A stretch of 64,000 bases of DNA from the IMG/VR virus record IMGVR_UViG_3300047160_003987; one strand, written 5' to 3'. Below, one piece after another: positions 1 to 8,159 of this stretch. The number at the start of each line of letters is the position of its first letter. Positions within the stretch are counted from its first letter, which is position 1. The stretch comes from an uncultured virus (IMG/VR IMGVR_UViG_3300047160_003987). Lineage: Duplodnaviria; Heunggongvirae; Uroviricota; Caudoviricetes. The notes below the pieces were generated by a model. That model saw only the letters and a list, made by a program, of their open reading frames with translations. It was not told the DNA's origin and searched no databases. The position numbers and the translations under genes were made by a program.

Positions 1-117
1 TTTGTCTTTCAGCGAAAGCCCACTTTTGCGGCCTGCGCCTTCAAGCGCTGTCGCATGATCAGTGAGACGGCAGATCATTTCGAATTGGTCATTTGAGACC
101 GTTTTCACGTCACTCAT
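1..117 (-). CDS. hypothetical protein, partial (runs off window start)
   Basis: ATG at 117 with AAGGAGG upstream; frame open to base 1 (MSDVKTVSNDQFEMIC...). Confidence 0.5.
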   Translation of the reverse strand, partial: MSDVKTVSNDQFEMICRLTDHATALEGAGRKSGLSLKDK

Positions 118-153
118 CACTTCACCTCCTTGGTCACCTCATCCAGCCAAGCC

Positions 154-182
154 TTGGGGGTGCGGTAGTACCGCACCCCCAA
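154..182. repeat. 29-bp palindrome
   Basis: TTGGGGGTGCGGTA-G-TACCGCACCCCCAA, 14-bp perfect arms. Confidence 0.9.
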
Positions 183-185
183 CTT

Positions 186-227
186 GTTTATTCCTCCCTT
201 GCGCGGGTTTATTCCTCCCTTGCGCGG
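186..227. repeat. perfect 21-bp tandem duplication of the 3' end and stop of CDS 209..397
   Basis: GTTTATTCCTCCCTTGCGCGG x2; minus strand reads ...RAREE-TAA twice. Confidence 0.9.
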
Positions 228-397
228 GCGATCGCGTGCTCGAGCCATTGGTCCACTCGGCGCACGCGGTCCTCGTACATGTACAGTTCGATCTCCCCAC
301 AAAGGAAGGATCGTTCCAGCAACGGCGGCACATCGCTTTTATCTTGGTCCGCAACATTGCGGTGCGCGGGATGACTGTGCGGTTTTCTGGCTTTCAT
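209..397 (-). CDS. hypothetical protein
   Basis: 62-aa ORF with GAGG RBS, collinear with neighbouring early genes. Confidence 0.55.
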   Translation of the reverse strand: MKARKPHSHPAHRNVADQDKSDVPPLLERSFLCGEIELYMYEDRVRRVDQWLEHAIARAREE

Positions 398-404
398 GAT
401 CCTC

Positions 405-617
405 TTATCCCCTCTTTTTATTTAAGCGCCGGCTGATCTCTGCACGCATGCTTTCGCGCTGAATATCACTAAGCTGATCAGACTCCACATCAGAGATCAA
501 TTCAGAAGTGGTATACAACGCCCATTCCGAGACCGAGCGAGACCGACGGCGAGGACGTGCCGCTGCAAGAGCTTCCCATGCTCCACCGAATTCGCCGCCC
601 GGTATGGTCTTGGTCAT
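405..617 (-). CDS. hypothetical early protein
   Basis: 70-aa ORF starting directly after AGGAGCATCAC leader motif. Confidence 0.7.
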   Translation of the reverse strand: MTKTIPGGEFGGAWEALAAARPRRRSRSVSEWALYTTSELISDVESDQLSDIQRESMRAEISRRLNKKRG

Positions 618-709
618 GTGATGCTCCTGTATGCGAGCCCCAATGGCTCAATAATTATTTGTACCTTAAGAGAGGCGACGGTTCAACCGTCGCCCCAAGT
701 TATCCACAG
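618..709 (-). promoter_or_regulatory. early module copy 1: DnaA-box 12-mer, sigma70-like promoter, 5' hairpin, leader motif
   Basis: Minus strand: CTGTGGATAACT(709-698)-11 nt-TTGAAC-17 nt-TACAAA-8 nt-GAGCCATTGGGGCTC(649-635)...GAGCATCAC-ATG. Confidence 0.75.
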
Positions 710-716
710 CTATCCT

Positions 717-1019
717 TTACTCATCGTCGGAAACATGCCTCTGGACGATAGCTACCAGTGTACCCTGTGCATCTAAGGCGTCAATTTCTGCTCTCGCGGA
801 ACCGTCAGAGAACGAGGGATAGTCGCTAGGAACAGTGTAGACAAGATAGGCACTGTCGTCAGATGCAAGAGAGCAGCCTGGCCGGTATTCAGTGTAGTCG
901 TAGCCGAACTCCTTATCCACGGTCCCATCAGTCTTACGCGCCGCGTGCACGGGATCGTCAGCGTCAAGATCAGACCAGATATAACCGGACGCGTTATCAA
1001 CCAAAATGTAGCGGGTCAT
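717..1019 (-). CDS. hypothetical early protein
   Basis: Start reassigned to MTRYILVDN, directly after GAGCATCAC. Confidence 0.75.
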   Translation of the reverse strand: MTRYILVDNASGYIWSDLDADDPVHAARKTDGTVDKEFGYDYTEYRPGCSLASDDSAYLVYTVPSDYPSFSDGSARAEIDALDAQGTLVAIVQRHVSDDE

Positions 1020-1114
1020 GTGATGCTCTTTCGTTGGCGAGCCCCAGTGGCTCAATAACGATATGTAGCCACAGCCATGGCATCGGTTCAATTGCTATCT
1101 CGAGTTATCCACAG
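1020..1114 (-). promoter_or_regulatory. early module copy 2
   Basis: CTGTGGATAACT(1114-1103)-11 nt-TTGAAC-18 nt-TACATA-8 nt-GAGCCACTGGGGCTC(1053-1039)...GAGCATCAC-ATG. Confidence 0.75.
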
Positions 1115-1361
1115 TTTGATGCAGAATGCTCTCGATGATCAGCTGCAGATCGAGCGCGACCGTGCGTAGAGCTTTGCAGCGCTCGCTGTGCTCGTGAAGC
1201 GCCATCCTAACATCTCCGCCCTGATAGTCCCGGACTTGTGGCCAAACACCTGCAAGGGCTTTTATGGCTTCCTCACAGGATTTCTGCGCGATCTTGTAGT
1301 CTTGCAAAAGGTCCTCAGGGTGGGTCCCTGTTAGCCTATTGATCTGCGGATATTCCATCAT
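1095..1361 (-). CDS. hypothetical protein
   Basis: GGGAGG RBS before MMEYPQIN. Confidence 0.65.
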   Translation of the reverse strand: MMEYPQINRLTGTHPEDLLQDYKIAQKSCEEAIKALAGVWPQVRDYQGGDVRMALHEHSERCKALRTVALDLQLIIESILHQTVDNSR

Positions 1362-1569
1362 TTTCCTCCCGGTGATGCATGCGGGCATGCTCCATAAGCG
1401 TAAAAATATTCTCGAGTTCTACTCTCTTGCAGGCATCGGCTAGCCGCCAGCCTTGCGAGCAGTGATCACATTCGATGACCCAATGAGGATGCCGTATATA
1501 AACGGAAAAGTCTCTCCTCAAGAGCGTCCGAGCTTGTTTCCTGCTATTGTCCGCTTTCATTCGTCCCAT
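1336..1569 (-). CDS. hypothetical protein with CxxC
   Basis: 77-aa ORF, AAGGA RBS, ECDHC motif. Confidence 0.55.
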   Translation of the reverse strand: MGRMKADNSRKQARTLLRRDFSVYIRHPHWVIECDHCSQGWRLADACKRVELENIFTLMEHARMHHREENDGISADQ

Positions 1570-1585
1570 TGCGGTTCCTTTCCAA

Positions 1586-1605
1586 GATCCTGGTTAACCA
1601 GGATC
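1586..1605. promoter_or_regulatory. perfect 20-bp palindrome, candidate operator
   Basis: GATCCTGGTTAACCAGGATC just upstream of CDS 1336..1569. Confidence 0.45.
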
Positions 1606-1620
1606 ATAGTAACAAGATAA

Positions 1621-1649
1621 CGGGCGCCGGCGAAATATGCTGGCGCCCG
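1621..1649. terminator. GC-rich hairpin, probable intrinsic terminator
   Basis: CGGGCGCCGGC-GAAATAT-GCTGGCGCCCG; TTATCTTGTT follows on minus strand, downstream of CDS 1669..2040. Confidence 0.55.
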
Positions 1650-1668
1650 CCACCTCCCAGCCTATTGG

Positions 1669-2040
1669 TTATGGAACAGTGTTTGTGAAACCTACACCCA
1701 CGCCCACACCAACATTCCTGGACGCGCCAGCCGCGACCGCCGCACCGTTACCGATGCTCGCTGCACCGGAAATGCTATTGCTTTGACCCGCCGAGGCACC
1801 GACTGCACTGGTCAATGAACCGGCCGGCGTAGTGGTAGCAATACCAGCACCCAACGACGTATTGGTGCCAGTAGCCAGTGAACCTGCGGCAGCAGTTCCA
1901 GTTGATGCCGCCAGGTTCGCAGTGTTGACTTGACCAAAATTGGCCCCCGCACCGAACGATAGAGCTGATGCAGCATTAGCTGCGTCCCCCATTGCCAGGA
2001 GCAACGCACACGCCGAGACAACGTACCAGACTTTCTTCAT
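1669..2040 (-). CDS. secreted Gly/Ala/Ser/Thr-rich small protein
   Basis: Signal-peptide-like N-terminus MKKVWYVVSACALLLAMGDAANA; low-complexity mature part; GAGGA RBS. Confidence 0.75.
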   Translation of the reverse strand: MKKVWYVVSACALLLAMGDAANAASALSFGAGANFGQVNTANLAASTGTAAAGSLATGTNTSLGAGIATTTPAGSLTSAVGASAGQSNSISGAASIGNGAAVAAGASRNVGVGVGVGFTNTVP

Positions 2041-3004
2041 TCCGTTTTTCCTCTTCTGTTTTCGCCTTGGGTTGGACTTCAGGATGGATCATCTGCAGCC
2101 AAAGCGGCGTCTGCAGTGAGTCCGCCAATCTAGAGATCGAATGAGGCTCTACAGCCTTTTCAGTCTGCTTCTTGACGGGACTTGGTACCGGCAGGGGTAC
2201 TGCCACCGACGATGGTCTAGTGATAGGCCCCGAAGCCACATGCGGAACTTGTTTTGGCTTCGAGGTTACGGCGTCGGCCCAGTGTCGGCATTTCTGGTGG
2301 CCTTCGTCGTAATTGGAACACGGGCGTTCTTTGCCCGTTGCGCCCTCGATCAACATAAGCGTTCCCGAAGGCAGAGATGCTGTTTGCACCGAGGCGTAGG
2401 TCGCAGGCAAAGCAGTTGGCGCATAAACCGGCGCCGGCCGAGGCATATACTGCCCGCACACTTCGGGCATCGAGTTATAAACTTCCGTCGTCTGACATAT
2501 CCGGGCCACAGCCGCCTTCTTGAGACCCATGGACCACAAAGTTCGACTGTCTAAACGCGCACTACAGTCTCGATCAGGGATCGAACCACCAAGTGTGATC
2601 CCAGTCCCGAGCCAAGACCCACCGCCGCTCACCGAACCAAGGCAGCTTTCGATCCCCGCGGCCGCGAGCCCCGGCGCAAAAACCGACGGAACAGTCGAGA
2701 CCGAGCTATGGCCAACGTTATCGATGGTGCTGGTGCTGGTCGTGGAAGCCGGACCCGGGTTGATGATGACAGCGCCGCCGACAGCGGAGCCGCCCGTACC
2801 AACTCCAACACCTACGCCAGTCCCGCCTTTGCCGCCTTGACCGCCCTGACCCGAGATCGCCGTCGCCTGCGATGCAGAGATCGAGGTCGACTTAGCCGCA
2901 CCGACACCTATCGCAGTGTTACTACCCTGCTGAGGCAAACCACCCGCAAGCGCAGGTGTAGCCGAGAGCGCCAAGAACGTGGCGCCCAGAAACAACGTTT
3001 TCAT
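1976..3004 (-). CDS. secreted protein with Gly-rich linker and Cys-containing domain
   Basis: Start MKTLFLGATFLALSATPALA after GGGGAGCATTCCAC; core ESCLGSVSGG...DCSARL...AAVARICQ. Confidence 0.75.
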   Translation of the reverse strand: MKTLFLGATFLALSATPALAGGLPQQGSNTAIGVGAAKSTSISASQATAISGQGGQGGKGGTGVGVGVGTGGSAVGGAVIINPGPASTTSTSTIDNVGHSSVSTVPSVFAPGLAAAGIESCLGSVSGGGSWLGTGITLGGSIPDRDCSARLDSRTLWSMGLKKAAVARICQTTEVYNSMPEVCGQYMPRPAPVYAPTALPATYASVQTASLPSGTLMLIEGATGKERPCSNYDEGHQKCRHWADAVTSKPKQVPHVASGPITRPSSVAVPLPVPSPVKKQTEKAVEPHSISRLADSLQTPLWLQMIHPEVQPKAKTEEEKRNEESLVRCLGVCVAPGNGGRS

Positions 3005-3244
3005 GTGGAATGCTCCCCTATATGGAATACGATGTGATGCATTTGATCTGGGGCACCAGTTCACAGGAGATAAGACCGGTGCCCCAGAGGCGGGCGTTAT
3101 TTCATGACCACGGACACCTCCCGCTGGTCCATGTCACAGAACCTCGACGCATATGCCTAGATCTCTGCGCCAAGCCCCCTGTGCCGGGGTAACAACACGT
3201 GCAGTGTTCACTTGTTTATGTCCGCATTGTGTCGATCGAGAACA

Positions 3245-3421
3245 TTATTTTACTTCGATGATGCGGATGGTATCGCCAATTCGGAGATCCCACCCCCGGA
3301 TCACTTCTTGAGCAACTTCACTAACCTTGATGTCAAACCCCTCGTCAGCCTCGTCGAGGTTGACAGTGGCACTATCCAATTTGCCGCCGCGACCGCCGAG
3401 AATGATCTCAATTTTACACAT
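3245..3421 (-). CDS. 58-aa hypothetical early protein (below ORF-track cutoff)
   Basis: Manual translation MCKIEIILGGRGGKLDSATV...GDTIRIIEVK*; ATG directly after GAGCATCAC. Confidence 0.7.
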   Translation of the reverse strand: MCKIEIILGGRGGKLDSATVNLDEADEGFDIKVSEVAQEVIRGWDLRIGDTIRIIEVK

Positions 3422-3531
3422 GTGATGCTCTCTGTTTGGTGAGCCCCAGTGGCTCGTTCATGAGGTGGTGTCTTGTGCCATGCTCTAGGTTCAATGTCAA
3501 CGTGACGTTGACCCTTTCCCTGTGGATAACT
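3422..3531 (-). promoter_or_regulatory. early module copy 3
   Basis: AGTTATCCACAG (3531-3520, inverted relative to copies 1, 2, 4), TTGACA/TTGAAC, 33 nt, GAGCCACTGGGGCTC (3455-3441), GAGCATCAC-ATG. Confidence 0.7.
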
Positions 3532-3727
3532 CGGCAGCGGTCCTTGCTTGCTCCCGCAGCTCTTTATCGACCACCATCCAAGCCTCTACGCCACCATCGG
3601 CGCAAACCTCGTCGGGATCGATCCCGCGTCGTGCGCATTCCTCCCGCGCCTCAGTCTCTCGTTCTTGTTCCGGGGTGATGTCGTGATACCCGATATCGAT
3701 CAAATGGTCTCCAAACATGATGCCCAT
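3497..3727 (-). CDS. hypothetical protein
   Basis: 76-aa ORF directly downstream of the helicase, GGAGG RBS. Confidence 0.6.
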   Translation of the reverse strand: MGIMFGDHLIDIGYHDITPEQERETEAREECARRGIDPDEVCADGGVEAWMVVDKELREQARTAAELSTGKGSTSR

Positions 3728-3730
3728 GGC

Positions 3731-5224
3731 TCAGTCCTCCTTTGCTATCGGCCATCTCGCGTTTCTTCCCTTGCCCCGCACCCACGCGATATTGCGATGG
3801 GTGATCCAGTTTTTCGTATCCCTCGAGATCGCCGGCGCAGCCCGCACGTCCTTCATGGCGTTGGGCCATACCTCAAACCGCTCGCGATATACATTGGCAG
3901 CCCAGCCCGGCTTCCACCCCTTTAGCTGGGCATAGGCCAAAAGCTCGGCGTAGAACACGCGCCGATCAATACTCGCCCGCTCTTCCTTCTTCTTGCGCTC
4001 GATCTCTTTAAGCTCACCCGGTGTCGGCTCAATCGTGCAATGCGCCACAGTCACATGCTGACACATCGGGCATTTAGACATGCCGGGAGCTTTCAAAAAA
4101 CCACAGGCGGGGCATTCCTTCGGCAGCCTGATGCGATCAGTTACGCTCGCAACGCGGTCGGTGTCCGCCAATAATTCAGTATGGTTGACATCGATATCCG
4201 TCACAAAGCCGAGGTTCGAATGAGTGCTGGTATGATCGAGAACTAAAAGGAAGTCTTTGCCGGGAGCCGTCCGCAGGCCACGCCCCATGATCTGCACAAA
4301 CAACATCTCGCTCTTAGTCGGCCGCGCCAGGATGATACACCTGACATCCCAGTCTATGCCCATTGTCAACGTACCAATATTCACCACGACCTCGATCGAA
4401 CCATCATGAAAGCCGCGCTTGATCTCGGCGCGACCGTTTGGTGTCGTGAATGCATCCTGATAAGCGGTTCTGACGCCACGCGCCTCAAATTGCTCGTGCA
4501 GCTTCTTCGCATGCGTGCGATCGACAGCAAAGCATAACGTCGACCGACCGCGACCCTGCTCGATCCATGTCTCGATGATATCCGCGACCAGCTTAACCTT
4601 GCTCATACGTCGTGACAGTTCGCCCTTTTCATAGTCGCCCTGCACCGTCCTGACCCCATCAAGATCCGGATGACTCGATGCATAAACTTTGAAGTCGGAT
4701 AGCAAGCCCTTGTCTATCAATTCCTGCGTCGTCGATGCTTTGATCAGCCGCTTGAAATATGTCCCTAACACTTTGTGCCAGGGCGTAGCCGATAAACCGA
4801 TAACAGGCTTTTCCCACCATACCCCAGGTGTCTGCATCCACGTGCCATAGGCATCGGACCAACGATGCACCTCATCTATCACCACGACGTCGGCCGGCGG
4901 CATCTCACGTCGCTGCAACGTCTGCACCGAGGCCACCTGTACCGGCATGCAGCCATCCGTCTGCCGATGGTTCTGCTGGATCACCCCGATATCGCTGATG
5001 CCCTGCCCATTGAACATCTCGACCGTTTGATCGATCAAAGAGATCGCAGGAACGATGAAAAGGACTTTCTTGTCTTTCATGCGCGCCCTATTCACCAGTT
5101 CAGCCGACAATACCGTCTTGCCATAGCCTGTCGGCGCCTGCATCACGATATGCCTGTCCCCCTCACCAACCGCCGCCCGCAAATTATTCAACGCCTCGGT
5201 TTGATCCTCCCGCAATGACCTCAT
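3731..5224 (-). CDS. SF2 DEAD/DEAH-box helicase (RadD/YejH-like) with C-terminal Zn ribbon
   Basis: Walker A APTGYGKT, DEVH, GLSATP, QIMGRGLR, CPACG...CPMC; ATGA overlap supports start at 5224. Confidence 0.92.
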   Translation of the reverse strand: MRSLREDQTEALNNLRAAVGEGDRHIVMQAPTGYGKTVLSAELVNRARMKDKKVLFIVPAISLIDQTVEMFNGQGISDIGVIQQNHRQTDGCMPVQVASVQTLQRREMPPADVVVIDEVHRWSDAYGTWMQTPGVWWEKPVIGLSATPWHKVLGTYFKRLIKASTTQELIDKGLLSDFKVYASSHPDLDGVRTVQGDYEKGELSRRMSKVKLVADIIETWIEQGRGRSTLCFAVDRTHAKKLHEQFEARGVRTAYQDAFTTPNGRAEIKRGFHDGSIEVVVNIGTLTMGIDWDVRCIILARPTKSEMLFVQIMGRGLRTAPGKDFLLVLDHTSTHSNLGFVTDIDVNHTELLADTDRVASVTDRIRLPKECPACGFLKAPGMSKCPMCQHVTVAHCTIEPTPGELKEIERKKKEERASIDRRVFYAELLAYAQLKGWKPGWAANVYRERFEVWPNAMKDVRAAPAISRDTKNWITHRNIAWVRGKGRNARWPIAKED

Positions 5225-5475
5225 TGGCAGCCCCCCTGAGCGGTTTTCCACTGCTCGAAGCTGTCCGGTAGCCCGGCAGGCAAATGATCGATGGTGGTGC
5301 CCTCTGCGCCCTTCTCACGCAGGCATCTGGCCAGGACATCTCTGTCCGACCGGACAAACGACACATTGCGCCACCGTTTGGAACTTTCATGACGCTGCAG
5401 GATCCACTGAATACCGTCACTCGCCAGCGCCCAACCGTCCGCGACCGCAAATTGCTTATCCTCAGTCGACTTCAT
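5221..5475 (-). CDS. hypothetical protein
   Basis: ATGA-coupled on both sides. Confidence 0.65.
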   Translation of the reverse strand: MKSTEDKQFAVADGWALASDGIQWILQRHESSKRWRNVSFVRSDRDVLARCLREKGAEGTTIDHLPAGLPDSFEQWKTAQGGCQ

Positions 5476-5672
5476 GCCTTCACTCCCCATCGTTTGAACT
5501 TCACGATCAACGCAACATGCGTCTTGTCGCAACAAAACCGTTTCGCAATGACGCGGTGAGCAATACCGGCCGCCGCCATCATCCTGATCTCGATCACGTC
5601 AAGCCACGTCAGGCGGGCATGGGGGTTATTCTCGCCGGATCGATGTCCGTTTGCCGGCCAAACCTTGCTCAT
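5472..5672 (-). CDS. small DNA-binding protein resembling the C-terminal HTH of HNH homing endonucleases
   Basis: GENNPHARLTWLDVIEIR motif followed by HTH-like segment; no HNH catalytic part. Confidence 0.6.
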   Translation of the reverse strand: MSKVWPANGHRSGENNPHARLTWLDVIEIRMMAAAGIAHRVIAKRFCCDKTHVALIVKFKRWGVKA

Positions 5673-5986
5673 TGCGCACCCCCATTCCCAACACGGGGCA
5701 AAACCTCATCAGGCTGATCGATGTCGCCCCATGTGGTCTGAGCAACCCGGCCAACTTCCTCCGGTATCGCCCCAACTATCCAGCCCAGCCCAGCCTCCCT
5801 GATCCACGCCAACGCCGTATTGCTCCCGATCAGGCCATTCCTGAGCGCTACCCCAATAGTCGTCATGTCTGCATCCCACGTTTTTGCCCTGAGGCTGGCG
5901 GCCCGAAGCGCGGTCAGCAAAAATTCGCGGTGAATGTCTTCCTGTGCGTCGCTCATGGTTCTGTTTCCCGTCCGTCGTTTCGTCAT
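5669..5986 (-). CDS. hypothetical protein
   Basis: AGGAGCATCACAGC-ATG leader. Confidence 0.7.
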   Translation of the reverse strand: MTKRRTGNRTMSDAQEDIHREFLLTALRAASLRAKTWDADMTTIGVALRNGLIGSNTALAWIREAGLGWIVGAIPEEVGRVAQTTWGDIDQPDEVLPRVGNGGAQ

Positions 5987-6007
5987 GCTGTGATGCTCCT
6001 CCCTGTA

Positions 6008-6334
6008 TTATCGGCAGGGCTCGCCTGACATCTCCGCTAGCACGTCCATCACCACGTCGCGGCCCTTGATGATCGGCGGTTTTGACGGTGCTAGTGATGG
6101 ATTGCGGGAGATGTCGTATGGCGTCGGTTTGTACAGGTCCTTAACCTTTGGCGGCTTCTTGCGCTGCTGTTGCTGCAGCCATTGCCGTTCTGCTTTGCGC
6201 GCCTTCGCTTCGAGCGTATCCCGTGCTTCGTTGTAGACCATGCGTCCGGTACGCTTGATCACCGTGCCATGCTCCAACCTCTCCTCCCTTGCTTTGAATT
6301 TTCGCGCCCGTCCCCAGTTCATTTTTCCGGTCAC
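6008..6334 (-). CDS. basic hypothetical protein
   Basis: AGGAG RBS, GTG start, first gene downstream of the large non-coding region. Confidence 0.65.
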   Translation of the reverse strand: MTGKMNWGRARKFKAREERLEHGTVIKRTGRMVYNEARDTLEAKARKAERQWLQQQQRKKPPKVKDLYKPTPYDISRNPSLAPSKPPIIKGRDVVMDVLAEMSGEPCR

Positions 6335-6770
6335 CGTGTTGCTCCTGTTTCCTGAATTTTAGACATACTGCCCCATTTCTTTCCTGAGATAGCCTAGTAG
6401 GCTTGTCTCTCGTCCGGTCCCCGGACGGCGGGCGCGCTGCCCGGCGGAAAGGTCTTTCTCAGGTGGTTCGCCAGCCGTAAACGGGTCAAACCGGGCAAGC
6501 CCAATAGCCTGCATTCCCTCTGGCAAGGGTATTACGACCGAAACCGGCTTCTATGGGGCGGGACATCCGTGCGACACCCAACAGCTCGGTTTCAGACCGA
6601 CCACTGGGCAGGACAAACGATCCCGTCCAGAGGTTTTTTGGAAACCACCGGTGGAACCTGCTTGCAATTTGTGGGGGGTGTGTTAAGTAAGAGACACAAC
6701 GACCGCAATTCCAAACATTTCGGTAGTTTCAGAGAGGGCCAGCGCTGACAACGTCTGGCCCTTTCGCTTT
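6335..6770 (-). ncRNA. candidate long structured RNA / origin region
   Basis: No ORF of 60 aa or more; serial hairpins (CTGGACGGGA/TCCTGCCCAG, TCGGT/ACCGA, CCCT/AGGG, CGTCCGG/CCGGACG, AGCCT/AGGCT); TTGCAT at 6802-6797. Confidence 0.45.
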
Positions 6771-6771
6771 T
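6696..6771 (+). ncRNA. candidate ~75-nt antisense RNA
   Basis: TTGCAA (6662-6667) and TG-n-TAAGTA (6681-6689) upstream; ends in AGGGCCAG...CTGGCCCT hairpin plus TTCGCTTTT. Confidence 0.45.
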
Positions 6772-6857
6772 GTAGTAAGCCTCAATTCAAACCGTCATGC
6801 AAGTGTTAAAAATATCACACTGGAAGATGATACCGCATCGGCCGTGGGTATTGTAAT

Positions 6858-8159
6858 ATGGCGCATGAACAGCTTGTAAAAAACAAAGTTCTTCTATGTC
6901 CGGGCGATGCTTGGCATTTTTTGAAAGATACTCCAGACAACAGATATGATGCGGTCGTGACCGACCCGCCTTATGAATTGGGTTTCATGGGCAAAGACTG
7001 GGATCGTCGCGGCATTGCGTTTGATGCAATGTTCTGGGCTGAAGTGCTTCGTGTTCTCAAGCCTGGTGGCCACCTTACAGCATTTGGTGCCTCTCGCAAT
7101 TATCATAGGATGGCCTGTGCGATCGAGGATGCAGGCTTTGAGGTTCGCGATAGCCTGATGTGGATCTTTGGGACGGGGTTCCCGAAGTCACATGACATCA
7201 GCAAAGGGATCGATAAAGCGGCAGGGGCGGTACAGGAAGTTGTCGGTACTCGACCCAATGCCGTGCCATCTTATAGAAATAGCGCCAAAGGCGACGGCAC
7301 AAAAACCAATGACGGGCGCGACGCCGCCAACTGGGATGAATATAAGGCGCGCAGCACAAAGAATATTACTATCGCGTCAACCGCCGCCGCCCGCGAATGG
7401 CAAGGTTTCGGCACATCTCTAAAGCCAGCATTCGAGCCCATCGTTCTCGCGCGCAAGCCGCTGTCGGAAAAGACCGTTGCCGCCAACGTGCTGCGCTGGG
7501 GAACGGGGGCGATCAATGTTGATGGGTGTCGGGTTGGCATTCGAGAGAAGCCGAAAGTAACTAATCCTAAACGCACTTCGAACACCTATGGTGCAATTGA
7601 ATCGCCGGGCGGAAAACTACTACCGGATAGCCGCTGGCCGGCTAATATCTGCCACGACGGCAGCGACGAAGTGGTGGGGATGTTTCCGATGACCGGGCCG
7701 AGCAATGTGCGCCGCTCCGAAAACGAAGACATCGCTCAATCGACTTGGGCGTTAGGACGTACAGGCATCACGCCGAGGGGCGTATCGGATAACGGCGGCT
7801 CCGCCGCCCGCTTTTTCTACAGCGCAAAAGCTGATAGCAATGATCGCATCGCTTCCAAACATCCGACTGTAAAACCTATCGACTTGATGCGATGGTTGAT
7901 CCGTCTTGTAACGCCCCCCAATGGCTTAATATTGGACCCGTTTGCAGGAACTGGAACAACGGCCATTGCTGCGCTCTATGAAGGTATGCGATGCGTCTTG
8001 GTCGAGAATGAAAAAGAATACCAGGATGATATCAAACGCCGCATGAAATTATACGGAATGGGACCGGACCAATACGCCTATGAATTAGCGAAGTTGAAAC
8101 CAGTCGACCTTGGACCACTTTTTTCTTATTCCAATATTTCTGCACTCGATGGCAAATGA
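6858..8159 (+). CDS. N6-adenine/N4-cytosine DNA methyltransferase (beta class)
   Basis: VTDPPY motif IV N-terminal, HPTVKP, ILDPFAGTGTT motif I C-terminal. Confidence 0.92.
   Translation: MAHEQLVKNKVLLCPGDAWHFLKDTPDNRYDAVVTDPPYELGFMGKDWDRRGIAFDAMFWAEVLRVLKPGGHLTAFGASRNYHRMACAIEDAGFEVRDSLMWIFGTGFPKSHDISKGIDKAAGAVQEVVGTRPNAVPSYRNSAKGDGTKTNDGRDAANWDEYKARSTKNITIASTAAAREWQGFGTSLKPAFEPIVLARKPLSEKTVAANVLRWGTGAINVDGCRVGIREKPKVTNPKRTSNTYGAIESPGGKLLPDSRWPANICHDGSDEVVGMFPMTGPSNVRRSENEDIAQSTWALGRTGITPRGVSDNGGSAARFFYSAKADSNDRIASKHPTVKPIDLMRWLIRLVTPPNGLILDPFAGTGTTAIAALYEGMRCVLVENEKEYQDDIKRRMKLYGMGPDQYAYELAKLKPVDLGPLFSYSNISALDGK

Noticed and set aside
186..227. Short direct repeats as a CRISPR array
   Set aside because: Only two abutting copies with no spacers; no cas genes or regular repeat-spacer array seen anywhere in the window.
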